Assembly (NCBI GenBank): GCA_964016885.1
Contig: OZ024743.1
Location: 253,704,001 to 253,768,000 of the forward strand
DNA from: Eledone cirrhosa
Lineage: Eukaryota
Direction of reading: 5' to 3'
Length of the DNA: 64,000 nt
The translations under genes and the position numbers were made by a program. The notes under the pieces were generated by a model. The model did no database searches. It saw only the letters and a list, made by a program, of their open reading frames with translations, and had not been told where the DNA came from. Every line of letters starts with the position of its first letter. The stretch's first letter is position 1. This document shows, piece by piece, positions 1 through 14,901 of this stretch.

Positions 1-1360
1 ATGCATGGTTACATAACCACCGGTGATTTCGTCACTCCAGGTGATTTTTGTGTGGCTCTATCACGCTGTAGACGAACATAAATAAACAAACAAACAAACA
101 GGTAGAAAAAAAAGAAACAAAAAAGAAGAAGCTTAAGTTTCATTGTAATGCAATGTTTGAATGTCTGACTTAGAATTTCTACTCCCTTCTCTGTCCGTCT
201 GTTTGTTTATCTTTTCTTTTCTTTTCATTTTTCTTTTCTTTACGTTTTTCGTTGTTGCTGTGCTGCTTCGATTTTGATTTTTGTTTTTTTGATTTTGATT
301 TTGACCGGGTCATCAGATCAGTCTATTTATATATTTTGATGCCTTCCTCTTTTAGTGGGGACACTACGATGTAGCAGGAGGTAGTGGGAGAGAATAGCGG
401 CGGTAGTGATAATGAGGCAGTGGTGGTGGTGGTTCTGGTGGTGCTGTGCTAGTAGTACTTAGCAGAAGGTAGTGGGTGAGAATAGCGGCGGTAGCGATAA
501 TGAGGCAGTGGTGGTGGTGATGTGATCGTAGTACTGTAGCGATGGTGTTGAACTTGAAGTAGCATTTTTTAGCGTGGTAGTGGTGGAATTATCTTCTCTG
601 TCCACCTAGTCATTTATCTATTTAGCTATTTAGTCATTTTGTCATTTTCCTCCTTTTTGACTCTAACATTCCTGATCCAAAATTAAATATTAATATTGTT
701 TATTAATATTGTCTAGTGATACCGCCACCTTCCCCTTTCGTAAGTTAACAGAAGGTAATGGGGGAATAGCGGTGGTAGCAATGAAGGAGTGGTGGCGGCG
801 GTGATGGGATAGTGGTAGCAATGATGGATGGAGTGGTGGCGGTGGTGACTATAGTGATGGCGTTGTCGTTACTGAGTTTTGTTGAATAGACTGTAGTTGT
901 TTGATCGTTTGATCGGCGTATCTATGCGGTTAGTCGCGTATGTTTAATATATGTGTTAACATATTCCCTTAATATTGGATTTAAACATTTTGTGAAAACT
1001 TGAGACAATAATAATAGTAATTATTATTATTATGCTGGGATTGGTGGTGGTGGTGGTGGTGGTGAAATTGCCGTTATCTGGCTGTTATATTTAGTGTATA
1101 CAGAGGGTGATGGGGTAGGTGGTGTATCTAGTTTGTGTTGTTGGTGAAATTGCTGTTATTTGGCTGTTCTGTATAGTGTAGACAGAGGGGGTTTTCTTCC
1201 ATTTATAACCATTTTCTTTTTTGAATATAAAATGTATAATACAAAATTAAATATTTGAGTGATATAACAGAATATTATGGATCCGAATTTTTTTGATAGT
1301 TGAGTCTGTGCTTTATGCATCATTTGTACTAAGAATTATTTCACAATTGATTTAAATATG
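1..1360 (-). mobile_element. 5' UTR portion of an R4/Dong-like non-LTR retrotransposon (body runs off the window's left edge)
   Basis: 1-560 aligns by eye with 62911-63495 (atgcatggttacataaccaccggtgatttc..., ttgaccgggtcatca..., gagaatagcggcggtag), the upstream region of the Dong-like element. 1318-1360 matches 63578-63620 and is followed by (TTA)n. Confidence 0.7.
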
Positions 1361-1504
<144 letters not shown>

Positions 1505-1944
1505 TCATTCACATCTTCAGCACTGTCTTTATCTCAACCATTCTCACTGATGTCACCACCACCACTATCATCATCACCAGTTTTAATAGATTCCTTAAAA
1601 CCTACATTCAAGACAACCAGGCATAATTTGAATTGTTACCAAAATATTACACTAATAGATTCACTTCAAAAATATAAAAGAAATGCAGATGAAAAAAATT
1701 GGAATATTCTTGACAGATATTCGGTTGCAAAATATAATTGAAACAATATATAAAATATAAAAAGTGAACATAAGAAACATATGTGAGCAACGTTATTTAG
1801 AATATCATTTCAAGATATTTCTTCTTATGTTAATGCAGACTTGTTCTAAGTGCAAAAAATGATAAATTGTTGTAAAGAAATGCAATCAATTGAATCAACC
1901 ACAATATATAACTGGTACTTATTTCAACGAACTATCATGGAAGA

Positions 1945-2660
1945 GGAGGTGCATGGCATAGTGAAGTGTTCAGCTCACATTTGGAAAGTTGTGATATGAA
2001 TACCTGGTGTCATATTGTGTTCAAGAGGAAGGTCTTTTATCTCTAATTACTCCAGCCCACTCAAATAAAGTCTGTCTTAGCCCAGAAGGCTCATTACGCT
2101 GGTGCTTATCCTGGTTTTATGAAGTAAAGTGACTGAAAGTACAAGTCTCCCTCATGGACAGGACAACAGTCTATCTAAGGTTTAAATCCCCAGCTATTGC
2201 TGGTACACATATTAAGCTGAGAATATTGGAGAAATTTTAAATGAAGTGTTTTGCTAAAGAACACAACATACAACCCAACTCAGGAATCAAACCCACAACA
2301 TTATGATTGTAATCCAACAGCCTTACCACTATGCCACGTGCCTCCACTAGCTCACAGTCCAGCTCATAATTGTAAGGTTGTGAGATTAATACCTGGTGTC
2401 ATGTCTTCATGAGGAAGACACTTTATTTCAAATTATTCCAGCCCACTTAAGGAGCAAAAAAATAATTGTATTTGTAATTTAAAGGGCCAGTCTTGTAACA
2501 CACTGCCACAAACTGAATCTCCCTGATACTTACGTTGAGGGTTACATTCAGGGTTGTATATGTTTGTGAAATGCTCAGTCACGTGCACAATCATTTTACA
2601 AGCAGGTTCTTCTGTTTCTCAAACAACTGAAACACACATCATCAGAGCTGACTGATATCC
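1945..2660. mobile_element. cluster of old tRNA-derived CORE-like SINE copies in both orientations
   Basis: Pieces homologous to the SINE at 3267-3570: head ggaggtgcatggcatagtg at ~1945; reverse-oriented head caggaatcaaacccacaac...ccactatgccacgtgcctcc at 2281-2345; body tgtaatttaaagggccagtcttgt. Confidence 0.55.
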
Positions 2661-3266
2661 AACAAGTTATTGTTGAAATACAATGTTAATATCTCCAGAA
2701 CAGAAAACTATGAATATACAGGGATGAGACTATATTGCAATACATTAAGATGGTAGTAAAAGAATCAATAAAAAAAATAGCGAATTAGGAAACCAGCAAC
2801 ATTATACAAGATACACATTAAATCAGAATTTAAAGAGATCAAGACCATACTCAACAGGAAAACAATGGTGAGATAGCTTCATTTACAATTCTAGAAGACA
2901 ATGCTTATAGTATATCTGGAGGATATCAAGGATGCAGAGATGTGAATTGCTAAATTTGTTAAAGTGTTTTCTGAAGGATTATTTCTGGGCTGGCAGGGCT
3001 ATGGAATGAAACACATCTGATTACTTACCATAGAAGTAACTACACAAATATACAAACATCTTGAAGCTGCTCTTTAAAAAACTTCCAAGATTGGAGGTAC
3101 AATATATTGTCAAATCAACCACCTCAACTATGTATATTAAAAGATGGAATATTCACAGATGAAATGTATCTGTTGATCAATAGCAGGCTGCCCCAGGGTT
3201 AAGCAGCAACACCTACAAAGAATCTGATATGAATGCTGTATTGATACAAATATAGATGTTAGTCAT

Positions 3267-3570
3267 GAAGATGCGTGGCTTTGTGGTTAAGATCTTTGAC
3301 TCACAATCTTAAGGTTATTAGTTCAATTCCTGGCAGTGCATTGTGTCCTTGAGCAAGACAATTTAATTCCCATTGCTACAGCCCACTCAGCTTACAATAA
3401 TGAGTTGTACCTGTAATTCAAAGGACCAGCCTTGTCACGTTCAGTGTCATGCTGAACCTCCCACGTTAAAGGTACATGTTTCTGTGGAATGCTCAGCCAC
3501 TTGCATGTTAATTGCACGAGCAAGATGTTCCGTTGATTGGATCAATTATAACACTCCTCATAACTGACAG
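3267..3570 (+). mobile_element. tRNA-derived SINE with CORE-like central domain
   Basis: A-box-like gtggctttgtggttaa, B-box-like gttcaattcc, then tgtgtccttgagcaagaca (CORE/V-type central motif). Homologous reverse copy at ~56330-56590. Confidence 0.65.
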
Positions 3571-3990
3571 AGTGACTCTTTTTTTCAGATGAATACTGAG
3601 TAAGAATTCAGTTGGTTAGACAACAAAATGCTCATCGTAGAAACTGAAGAAGGATCCACTAACAAAGCGGATTAAATTTTCTATAGGAATGCAAGAGATA
3701 AGATGTATTGTTGAGATACATTCAATGTGTTAATCGAGTTTTACACATGCATATCTATATATACACACACACACATACAAATGCATAAAAGCATAGAAAC
3801 ATATGCACATACACATCAACTCCTCTGCATTCTCCTACTACTGCCATCGCCATTACTACTACTAGTAACCTCTCCAATACTACTAATGTTAATACCAACA
3901 CTACCACCATCATTACCCCTGCTACTACTCGTACTACTACTACTGCCAGCAGCAGCAGCAGCAGCACCAGCACCACCACCACCAACACTG

Positions 3991-4045
<55 letters not shown>

Positions 4046-4492
4046 AACTACTGTTCACAATAATCAACATTTGGTATATAATCATTTCAGACATAAGCAG
4101 ATTGTGGCTGTATTACCTAACAAAAACAAACAAAACAAAAACCACAATAATAACAGTATCCATTTTAAAAGTTGAGATAAAATTGAATAAATAAATAGAT
4201 GAATAAAACAAATATAAAGAAAGAAAATTCATAAGTTTTCTAAATTATGAATTTAAATCTAATTTCTCAATTTAATTTTTGAGTGTAAAATATCTGTTGT
4301 GCCAGTAATTTGTCAATAAGATTATATATAACAATGATATTATCAGATTAATACATTTAGAAACAGTGCTGTAAATTTAATGGAAAATTTATATTGTTTC
4401 TTAATCACTAGTTTCTTTAGATATACACACACATATATAGATACAAACAACATACACGCCGATACGTACGCACACATATTTATATATACACG

Positions 4493-4621
<129 letters not shown>

Positions 4622-4703
4622 TTATATATATATATGAATTTATATATATATTTATTTATTTTATATATATATATATACGTATATATATATATGTATATAT
4701 ATG

Positions 4704-4743
<40 letters not shown>

Positions 4744-4745
<2 letters not shown>

Positions 4746-5319
4746 TTGTAATAAAATGAAAACGAAATTTCATTTCTCACTCTTAGTACGGCACTTACTT
4801 AAATGTAAGTATGTATGTATACGTACATACATAACTGTATGCAGACGTACAGTAGCATGCATATATATATATATATATATATATACATACAGGTACACAT
4901 ACATATATGTACGTATCAGTTTAGCGGACGCTTATTATAACGCCCGCTTTGTTCGTTTGTAAACAAACTGAACAGCCTGAATTTATGCCGTACGGTGTTA
5001 AGGCAACCACGTCACCTTTTTGTTCAACACTGACACAGGAACGATGTACTAGTTTCAAGCTTGTTAGCTGTCATCAACACCGTATACCCTTCTGCCAGAT
5101 GGTTGAACGTTCGAAAGTATATACTTTCCTTATGAAAATTAACGGCTGAGCAGCCTAATTTGCATATCGAGTGAGTTGAGTCGGCCAGGCGTACCGAAAA
5201 TCGTAAGTTGTAATAAAATGAAAAAGAAATTTCATTTCTCACTCTTAGTACGGCACTTACTTAAATGTAAGTATGTATGTATACGTACATACATATATGT
5301 ATACAGACGTACAGTAGCA

Positions 5320-5374
<55 letters not shown>

Positions 5375-5412
5375 GTACACATACATATATGTACGTATCA
5401 GTTTAGCGGACG
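4744..5412 (-). mobile_element. hammerhead-bearing ~460-bp repeat, about 1.4 tandem copies in a (TA)n tract (family A)
   Basis: agttgtaataaaatgaaaa..gaaatttcatttctcactcttagtacggc at 4744 and 5206 (offset 462). Homologous to 38054-39270 and 59848-60430. Confidence 0.8.
5041..5083 (-). ncRNA. minimal type I hammerhead ribozyme motif (core UUGAUGA, possibly decayed)
   Basis: Reverse complement acggtg-TTGATGA-cagctaacaagctt-GAAAC-ta-GTA-catcgt: stem I acggtg/catcgt, stem II agct/agct, palindromic stem III ACUAGU. Confidence 0.65.
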
Positions 5413-5453
5413 TCTGTATACATATATGTATCTACGTATACATACATACTTAC

Positions 5454-5506
<53 letters not shown>

Positions 5507-6129
5507 CATATACACACATTATATGCCTGTATAGACATATATATATACACACCACATGCACTCACACCCACATATGCACACACACAACTAGCAGTTCTAT
5601 TACAAAACCAACTACAACCATCAGCAATAACAACACAGCTACTACCACCTCCATTACTAATTCTAAAAACACGAACATCATCACTATCTACAACATCACA
5701 ATTTCCAGCCTCCGTTGAAGCTTCTACATGGCCACTAAAATCTGCAAGATACGGCAGCCAAATTTTCATCATCTTGAAGAAAAGACATTAGATAATGCGG
5801 TCATAAGTCCTATGCCCATAAGAGAAAGGCTGGATGTTCACTGTTGGGATGATTTAAATCATAAGTTTGCTCAATCAGGGCTGACCTGAGGCTAAATAAC
5901 ATCAATTATAATATCAACCTCACTCTTACAACCACCACCACCACCACCACCACCACCATGAACACTACCACCATCAACATCATAGTCATCACCGCTAACA
6001 CCAACCACATCATTGCCACCAACTACACTATTATCCTCAACACAACCAACAGTACCATAATCATTATCAACACCAACAACATCACTATCAAAGAAAAACT
6101 TAACAACCTCCTATCAGTTACAACAATGG

Positions 6130-6428
6130 AGCTAAAAGGAAATGAAGCACTGCCCGCTGCAGCAGATACAAACTATGCTGTGTGGAAATGTCTAAACAGA
6201 TTAATATCTGGTGTTGGACATGCAAAAGTCACTCTTGCAAAATGGGGATTTTTAAAGAATGTGGATGTCATGTGTGACTGCAGCATCGAACCACAGACTA
6301 CACAGCACCTCCTGATATGCCCTCTGCGAGAACACACCTGCACAGTATTGGATTTGGCAAAGTTTAATGAGAAAGTACGGCAATCTGTTCAGCTGTAACT
6401 GACACTCTTGTGGACAACAAGAAGAAAA
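6130..6428 (+). mobile_element. 3' fragment of a non-LTR retrotransposon (Vingi/Ingi- or RTEX-like C-terminus)
   Basis: Translation WKCLNRLISGVGHAKVTLAKWG...CDC...QTTQHLLICP...C..LDL is a C-terminal CCHC region of APE-type LINEs, followed by a gaagaa-type tail. Clade assignment is uncertain. Confidence 0.65.
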
Positions 6429-8089
6429 ACTATCAACATCATCATCACCAACCCCACCAACACCATCATCATCACCACCAATACGAACACACTCTAATCA
6501 CTAGTACCATCAGCAACAACATCAAGACTATCCACACCCTCACCACTAACAACATCTGAACCCTACCAACACCATCAACACCACCACTCTCAATACCAAC
6601 ATCAGCAACACCCACATACATAATTACACTAGCAACACTGCCATCAACAGTATCACCAACACCACCACCTTTACACACATAAACATTATTATAAGAATCT
6701 CACAATATTTAACAACCATCGCTTTCTTTATCTCCTCCTAACCTCCCATTTTCCTATTTTTTACTTTGAATTTGACTTGTTTTTATTGTCTGCTTTCTTT
6801 CATTGTTGATTTTTTAATATTTTTATATACCCCACCCACCCCGCCATACACACACAAGCTCACACTTGCACACACACTTTCACCAAATTCAGAAACTTTG
6901 GTGATACTAAACTGCTGGGGTAAGTCATATATTTGTCCAACTAGAATTGTGAATATCTATAATTTTGTTATACTTGAATAAGACACGATTCATTAGAAAA
7001 ATTTAACATGAACTGAATAAAGCAAAGAAAAAAATGTATATTAATGTGTGTATGTGTGATTGTGTGTATGTGTGTGTGAGTGTGTGTTTGTGTATGTGAG
7101 TGTGTATGTGTGTGAGTTTGTGTGTATATGTGTTATCAGCATACATAGAGACAGTCACACATTAACTGAATGAGCACTCAATATGGAATGAACATATAGA
7201 GTTTGTTATGATATGGAACAGGTTAACAAAGCTTTATGTGGTCAGCTTCATCATATGGCAATGTGATGAATGTGGATGAGCTAAGGCTCAATAGTTAACT
7301 TCCGAGTAATGGGTGGATGAGTATTCAGGGCCCACCAGTATCCCTTTTTACTCGATGAAAATTATGGACATATAGCATCATGTAGATTAGCATTGGTATC
7401 GTTTTCCATGGTATTTGAACCTCGACAATTGGGATGAGAGCAGAGCAAACCAAATGCTGTTAACATACTTTCCTATACATTAACTGTATAGGTATCAATT
7501 CATCAACTGAATAGGTACAAAAGTACACTCCTGTACATGTGTATAACAAAACTTTTGAGGTCATAATCCCTGCTATTGCAGGGAATAATATTCCTTGTTT
7601 TGTTTTGTTTATAGTAAGTGCTCATTACTAAGCATATGGGTATAGGCTTATAACCACTGATGAATTTATAGGTGCGCAGTTGTGGCATATAACATGTCTT
7701 GGGCACTTTAACGCCGGTGGAATCCAACTCCTCCACTGGTCTGTACACAGCCAATTTCTTCCAGAGAAGGAGAGAGCAAATGAGAGGAGGTGAGAAAGGG
7801 ATATACAGAAAGAATTGACATAGTACTGGAAAAGGATAAAAGGAAATGTTGGCCTTGGAATTTGATCTCAGAGTTTTCTCCCTTCCTCAAAATTGTTGGC
7901 CTAATGCCTAAATCACAAACCATTATTATTCGCCCTGGGTGGTTCTTCCCCCTATTAGAGAATTCTGTTGCTTTTATTTTTATTGTTTATTGTTATTGTT
8001 TATTTACATTTTTTGCATGCATTTCTTTTTTGTAAACCTCCACTGTCCCTGTCCATGGTATTGTCCCCTGTAAAGAAATTATTATTATT

Positions 8090-8740
8090 TACAGTATTGG
8101 TAGGGCGCCGGACACTATACTTTGCAGCACAGAGATGTGGCCCTTTACTTTTTTGAGTTCAAGCTTTGCTTTTAATCCTTATGGGGGTCGATAAAATAAA
8201 GTACCAGTAATGCACTGGTGTCAATTAAATCGACTTTCCTCTCCCCTTAAAATTGCCAGCCTTGTGCCTAAAGTAGAAATAATTATTATTATTGGTCGGC
8301 AGATTAGCAGTTTCAGTAGAGCGTCAGACACTCTGCTCTGCAGTATAGAGTTATGGCCTTTTACGTTCTGTGTTTGAAATCCTGCCAAGGCTAGTTTTGC
8401 CTTTCATCCTTATGGGGTCGATAAAAAAAAGCACCAGTAATGCACGGGGGAATGGGTGGGTGATTTAATCAACTTTGCCCTCCCTTTCAAATTGCTGGCC
8501 TTGTGCTTAAAGTAGAAACCATTTTTATTGGTGGTGGATTGGCAGAATTGTTAGAGCATTGAACAAAATGTTTCGTGACATTTGTTTTTCTGAGTTCAAA
8601 TCTCAACGACATCATCATTGTCTTTCATTCTTCAAAAATCGATCAATAAATAACAGCCATATACTTGTGTTGATATTATTAGCTTCCTCTCCCTGCAAAA
8701 TTAAAGAATATGCACCTAAATTAGAAACCATTATTATAGT
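8090..8740 (+). mobile_element. three head-to-tail copies of a tRNA-derived SINE with Meta-like central domain
   Basis: Repeated units ttggcag..tagagcgtcagac..gagttcaaatc..tttgcctttcatccttatggggtcgataaaataaagtaccag..gccttgtgcctaaagtagaaac(att)n, starting at ~8090, ~8295 and ~8530. Confidence 0.75.
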
Positions 8741-10189
8741 AATTGTTACCATCCTCCTCATGAATGAATCATCATCTAATTTCTTGTGCCAATTTTGTCT
8801 ATCAGTATAATGTATAGTGTCAAGGAAAAATTAGAATTACTTCGGTTAAAATTCCAAATTATTTTTTCCTCTCAACAGAATAAATTATTTAGTTCTTATA
8901 AATTAATTAAACATGGTGACTTCATAGAAAAAGCTAATTAATTAATATAAAATACATTTAATGTAAAGTTACTCTAGATAGAATGATTTTCATTTGTTTA
9001 CCTAATTAGTTTTCTGTTTTTATTTCGTGGCGGTATATATTTTATTATATTGCTTTTGCGTATACGTTTGTATGTTTATTGTATATAAATATATATATTA
9101 TATATAAATATATATATATATGTATGTATGTATGTATATATATATATATATTTATATGTGTGTGTGTGTGTATTAGTGAAGGAGTGAGTTAAATTATTTA
9201 CACCATCATCATAATGTTATACGTTCGATTTCTGACTGGGTTCCGTGCTGGATCCTTGATTATGATGCTTTATTTCATATTCCATGTGTTTCATTAGCTG
9301 ATAAAAACAGACAAGAATTCTTCTCACATGCATCTACTGAACAAATAGAATAAGTGGGACAGTGAGTGCCTACTCATATATCTGCAACCAATTCTACCAG
9401 TACATGCTGCAAAATCGTTGGCATTAGAAAAGGCATCCAGCCAAAGGAACCATGTCTAAAACGAAATTTATTAGCTAGATGTTGTCATCTGACTGGTCTA
9501 ACTTCAAAATGAGACAAAACACATCTAACCCATGGTAAATAGATGTTAAACTATGATGATGATGATGAATGCAATATGTGCAGAAATTTCCATAATGTCC
9601 TGAAGAATATATATACTTTGCTATCTATATTCTTCAAATGGTAATGTTTTCCTCTATAAATGACTCTTCATACTAAATCATCCATCAGTATTTATTCTCT
9701 CTTTGCTTCTCCCATTATTTGAACTGCAGATTTAATTTCTCACAGAAAACTGCAGGAAATCTCTAAAGATAGTTTCTCTCTATCTGTATACCATATATAA
9801 TAACATATTGCAGATGTGAAATGTCTTATTTTTGCTTTTATGTATTCTACATTTTATTGTATTTATTCATTAGTATTCTTGTGCTATGAAACATCACACC
9901 TAATTCAATCATATTTATTAACAGTACTTTCCGTTTTCCTGTCAATTTTCTTCACTTTTCCCTGTGTTCCTTCTGAGCCTGTTTTGTTTAATCTGTGATT
10001 TCTGTCCTATTACTTTATGGAAATATCGAAAATTATATAGAGAAGATCAATTATATAAGAAGATCGATGCTTACAAAAGCAAGAAACAGCTATCAGATCT
10101 CTGAAAGAATTTGGACGTATATAAGAGGCAATAGATATCTATCCACTAAATTGAAATTCAAATGTATGAAAGAGATATAGGTGACTACT

Positions 10190-10785
10190 GCTGTTGTCAT
10201 GATAAAATGCACCCAGCATACTCTCTAAAGTGGTAATGCTGGTGTCATGCTGGTGTCATACACCAAGTTCATTCTGTCAAGTTGTAGAGATGGTGACACA
10301 ATAAAATGCACCTGGTGCAGTATGTAAGGTTTGTGTGATAGTGTCATGATAAAATGCACCCAGGCCACTCTGTAAAGTGGTTGTAGTGGTGCCATGATAA
10401 AATGCAGTCAGTAGATGCTGTCAAGTGGTAGTTCTGATATCATGATAAAATTCCCCCATTACACTCTGTAAAATTGTACTGATGTTGTTACTATAAAATG
10501 CATCCACTACCCTATATTGTAGTGCTGGTGTCATGATAAAATACATCTAGTCTTCTCTGTAAAATAGTAGTGCTGGTGTCATGATGAAGTGCACTTGATA
10601 CACTCTGTAATGTGGTAGTGATTATGTCATGAAAAAATGTATAGTTGTGGACATTAAGAATGGTATCCAGCCAAATAATTAACGTAAGAGTCAAGATGTG
10701 GTTATTCAAACACTTTCATTTGATACCGTGATGAGCATTCCAACATTTGCAAGCATGAAAAGCAGAAATAAACTGATGATGATAG
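10190..10785 (+). repeat. degenerate 48-bp minisatellite ending in an RTE-type 3' tail
   Basis: Unit gtcatgataaaatgcacccag..actctgtaaagtggt recurs at 10343, 10391 and 10439 (period 48). The array is followed by tggtatccagcc and gcaagcatgaaaagcag..(atg)n, like the RTE tails at 24160-24300. Confidence 0.7.
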
Positions 10786-11375
10786 ATAGGTGTATGTTTT
10801 AATAAGAACTTTCCTTAATGCAGTCAATGATGACGTAGTTTGGATGACACAAACATATTTTGATTATATCATCATCATTTGATGTCCAAGGCAAAAGCGT
10901 TTAGCTAACCCCCTCTTGATCATATGTTTCACATTTTGGCATGGGTTCTACAACTGGATAGGCTTCCTAACACTTGCCACATTGCCATTTTCATGTGGCA
11001 CTAGTACTATTAATTTAGAGAGTGCAATGGATACATTTTATTATGGTACCAACACTGGAAACTTCAGCAAGTCTGAAGTTTCATCTGTACCCTATATCAT
11101 ATATGTTTAATTAGTAGACATTTTGGCAAGGTGTACTAGGTGCATATTGACATAGCACTAATGCAAAACAGATTGTCAAGTATTCAAAAAAAGAAAACAA
11201 AGGCATTGCATAATCTGTTGACTTGGTTCATTTGTCAATCAATTTATGGGGTATACTGGTGCTTTATAATTGATAAACCTGTGATTAATTCTAAAGTAGC
11301 ACTTAAACATGGTGAATTGTTGGTGTATCTGTTTATCAGATTTTAAGGCGAAAACATGAAGCTACATGTGCAAGG

Positions 11376-11572
<197 letters not shown>

Positions 11573-12357
11573 TGAACAAATAGCCAAGACAAAAATGTGA
11601 CATTTTATACTTCTAGCTCATCTATCTTCAAGAATAAGCAAAGGAAATACAAGTCAGAAACACAAACGTTGAAAAGCTTGGCTCAAGCTCTGTTATAAAT
11701 ATATAGATTATACATTATAATCAGACCATTTACTCATGGAATTTAGTATCAATATTAAACATTAAACATATATACGCATATTGCGTTCGGTTTGCCAAAC
11801 TTAGAGGATAGATTAGTAGGAATCATGAGTGCTGGGTGGCGTTCAGTTTAGGGCGTTTGGTGAGTTTGCGGACTGATTGGAGCAATAACTTTCTCATTTA
11901 TGTGTTTATATATATATATACACATTTGTTCCGGTTGTGTTTCATAATCTATAATTGACTGTTAGTTGTACGTTTTGATCAAATAACACTTGTGTACTCA
12001 GGATTTAGTAATCAGTGTAGTATACTTTCCAGACTAGGATATAATCACAAAGGTTTATGTTCAATGCAGTTTTTGTACAAAAATGAAGAATTACCTCATT
12101 GCTGTTATTTGCATTTTGATGGCATCAATTGTGTAATAGTATTGTCAAACGGGCAGAAAAGTACCTGCATCAAATTACTGTCGCAGGGCATATCACGGTA
12201 TATGAAATTACATATTAGTTGTCTGATAAGGTTGTATGAATTATATAATTGAAGCCATCGAAATGAGTATAACAGCAATGATGTAGTTACTAAAATGATG
12301 TAAGATTCCAGCACACTGCCTTTTTTCTTCATTTATATATATTTATATATATATATA

Positions 12358-12831
<474 letters not shown>

Positions 12832-13655
12832 AAATGTGTGTGTACGTGTAAATACACAATAGCATGTTTTTATAAATATAGACATACATATATATATTTC
12901 CTCAATGTATATCCATGCATGTTTGCCAATTTAAGGAAAAAATATATTTCTCTCAAACATTTCAGCACAATTCTGTTAACTGAAATACTTTATTCTTCGT
13001 AAATTCATCAATAGAATATTTTCTTTTCTTTTATATTTCTTCCTACCACTTCTGGCAAAATAATGTACTAAGAATACTTTTTGTATATTCCAGTAAGATT
13101 TGAAAGATGAATCTGTAAATCAATTGTGAGTGAATAGAAAGATAAATACAGACAAAAATTAAGGGAAAAGCAGAACAAATATGATAAAATAGCCTCAGAC
13201 TCACTTGTGGTGATCTATGTATGTCTAGATAATAGGTGATAAAAATTGAGTTATGTCCCTTGTTCTTTTATCTCAATGAGATAATCCTGTGTGTTGGAAA
13301 GTGTTCAGTTAGTTTATGGATCAATACGAGAATCTTTCTGTTAGATACAACATTCTTTCAGAGACACACATAAACAGACACCTCTACATCCATTTTTCAT
13401 CTTTTTTTTCTTTCTGTGTTGATAATTCAGGTAGGTGGAAGATATGGTAACATTTTCATTTATTGAATTGATATTTATTTACCTCTGAGCTGAAGAAGAA
13501 AAATAAAAAACTTAACAGCAATTAATGGGAAATTTCAAAGGTATCAAAAGAGAGAACATTTCGAGAAATTAAGAATAAATTTCATAACAAATGTAATTTT
13601 CATGTTTTAGGTGAGCAAAAAACAGCTGTGTGTCAGTAGTTAGAATTAGAGAAAG

Positions 13656-13824
13656 CAATGCTGGATTTACCATCGTGCTTACAAGGCCCATTAGCCAGGG
13701 TGGCCCAGCGTCACACCAAAAATGTTTTACAATAAATTTTTCATATGTTTTTCAAATGTCAAACTTTAAAGAGGTGTCATAACTTAACTAACACAGGGCC
13801 TCATTTGTTCTAGATCTGGCACTG
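13656..13824. mobile_element. short hAT-type MITE
   Basis: Imperfect TIRs caatgctggattta / tagatctggcactg; flanking 8-mers agagaaag / agagcaac match at 6 of 8 positions. Confidence 0.45.
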
Positions 13825-14460
13825 AGAGCAACACATGTTTTAGTCATATATGATCTCATCAGTGAAGCACAGATTTTTTAAGCCTGACCTACAGAACAAT
13901 TGAACCCAAATATCTTTCAACAAGTATAGATGTAATAAAGTAAAATTTGGGTCAATAATTATGTCTGAAACCTGAAGGCAAATGGCACATTATGGTCACA
14001 GTCAAATGACAGAAACATTTAAATGAAAGGAAAGGATATATTATTTGCATAGTCATGAAATATATGAGCTCCAGTATGGCCACAGTCAAATAAGAAAAAA
14101 GCAGTAAATGAATAAAATAATAGTATGTTTGCATAATTACAAAATCTGAGCGCCCCCAGCGTGGACGTAGTCAAATGACAGAAACCAGTAAATGAAGAAA
14201 ATAATAAGAAAATGTAACTCAAGTGGTCTAGTTTACAAAGCTCTTTATTGTTATAGTATTATGCATGGTATATTTTGGTTTGGTTTATAGTATGTATCAT
14301 AGATATCACAAATGATATGGGGAACACAATCTTTGATATTCTTTCTATTACATATCACTAAATCTAAACATAAAAATCATAATATTTTAAACAAGAAACA
14401 TTATGCTGTGAATCACTTTACCAAATGCTCTGAGATATGCCTTGTGATATGCTTTGTTAC

Positions 14461-14491
<31 letters not shown>

Positions 14492-14507
14492 CATATATAT
14501 ATATATT

Positions 14508-14601
<94 letters not shown>

Positions 14602-14616
14602 CATATATATATATAC

Positions 14617-14706
<90 letters not shown>
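14461..14706. repeat. (TA)n microsatellite, followed by (TG)n at 14820-14938
   Basis: Directly visible. Confidence 0.97.
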
Positions 14707-14709
<3 letters not shown>

Positions 14710-14832
14710 ACATATACATACACAGTTAGCACACATACATACACTAGTATCTTTCTGATAATATCACTCTGATGATATCACTAAATGTTCTGGTATTCAT
14801 TTTGATATATATAAATATATGTGTGTGTGTGT

Positions 14833-14901
<69 letters not shown>

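Noticed and set aside
300-330. Minus-strand CTGATGA in the Dong-like 5' UTR as a hammerhead
   Set aside because: There is no stem II/GAAA arrangement, and the sister copy at 63245-63265 lacks the motif.
10190-10640. Regularly spaced repeats superficially like a CRISPR array
   Set aside because: The whole 48-bp unit is degenerate-repeated with no unique spacers, there are no cas genes, and the context is eukaryotic.
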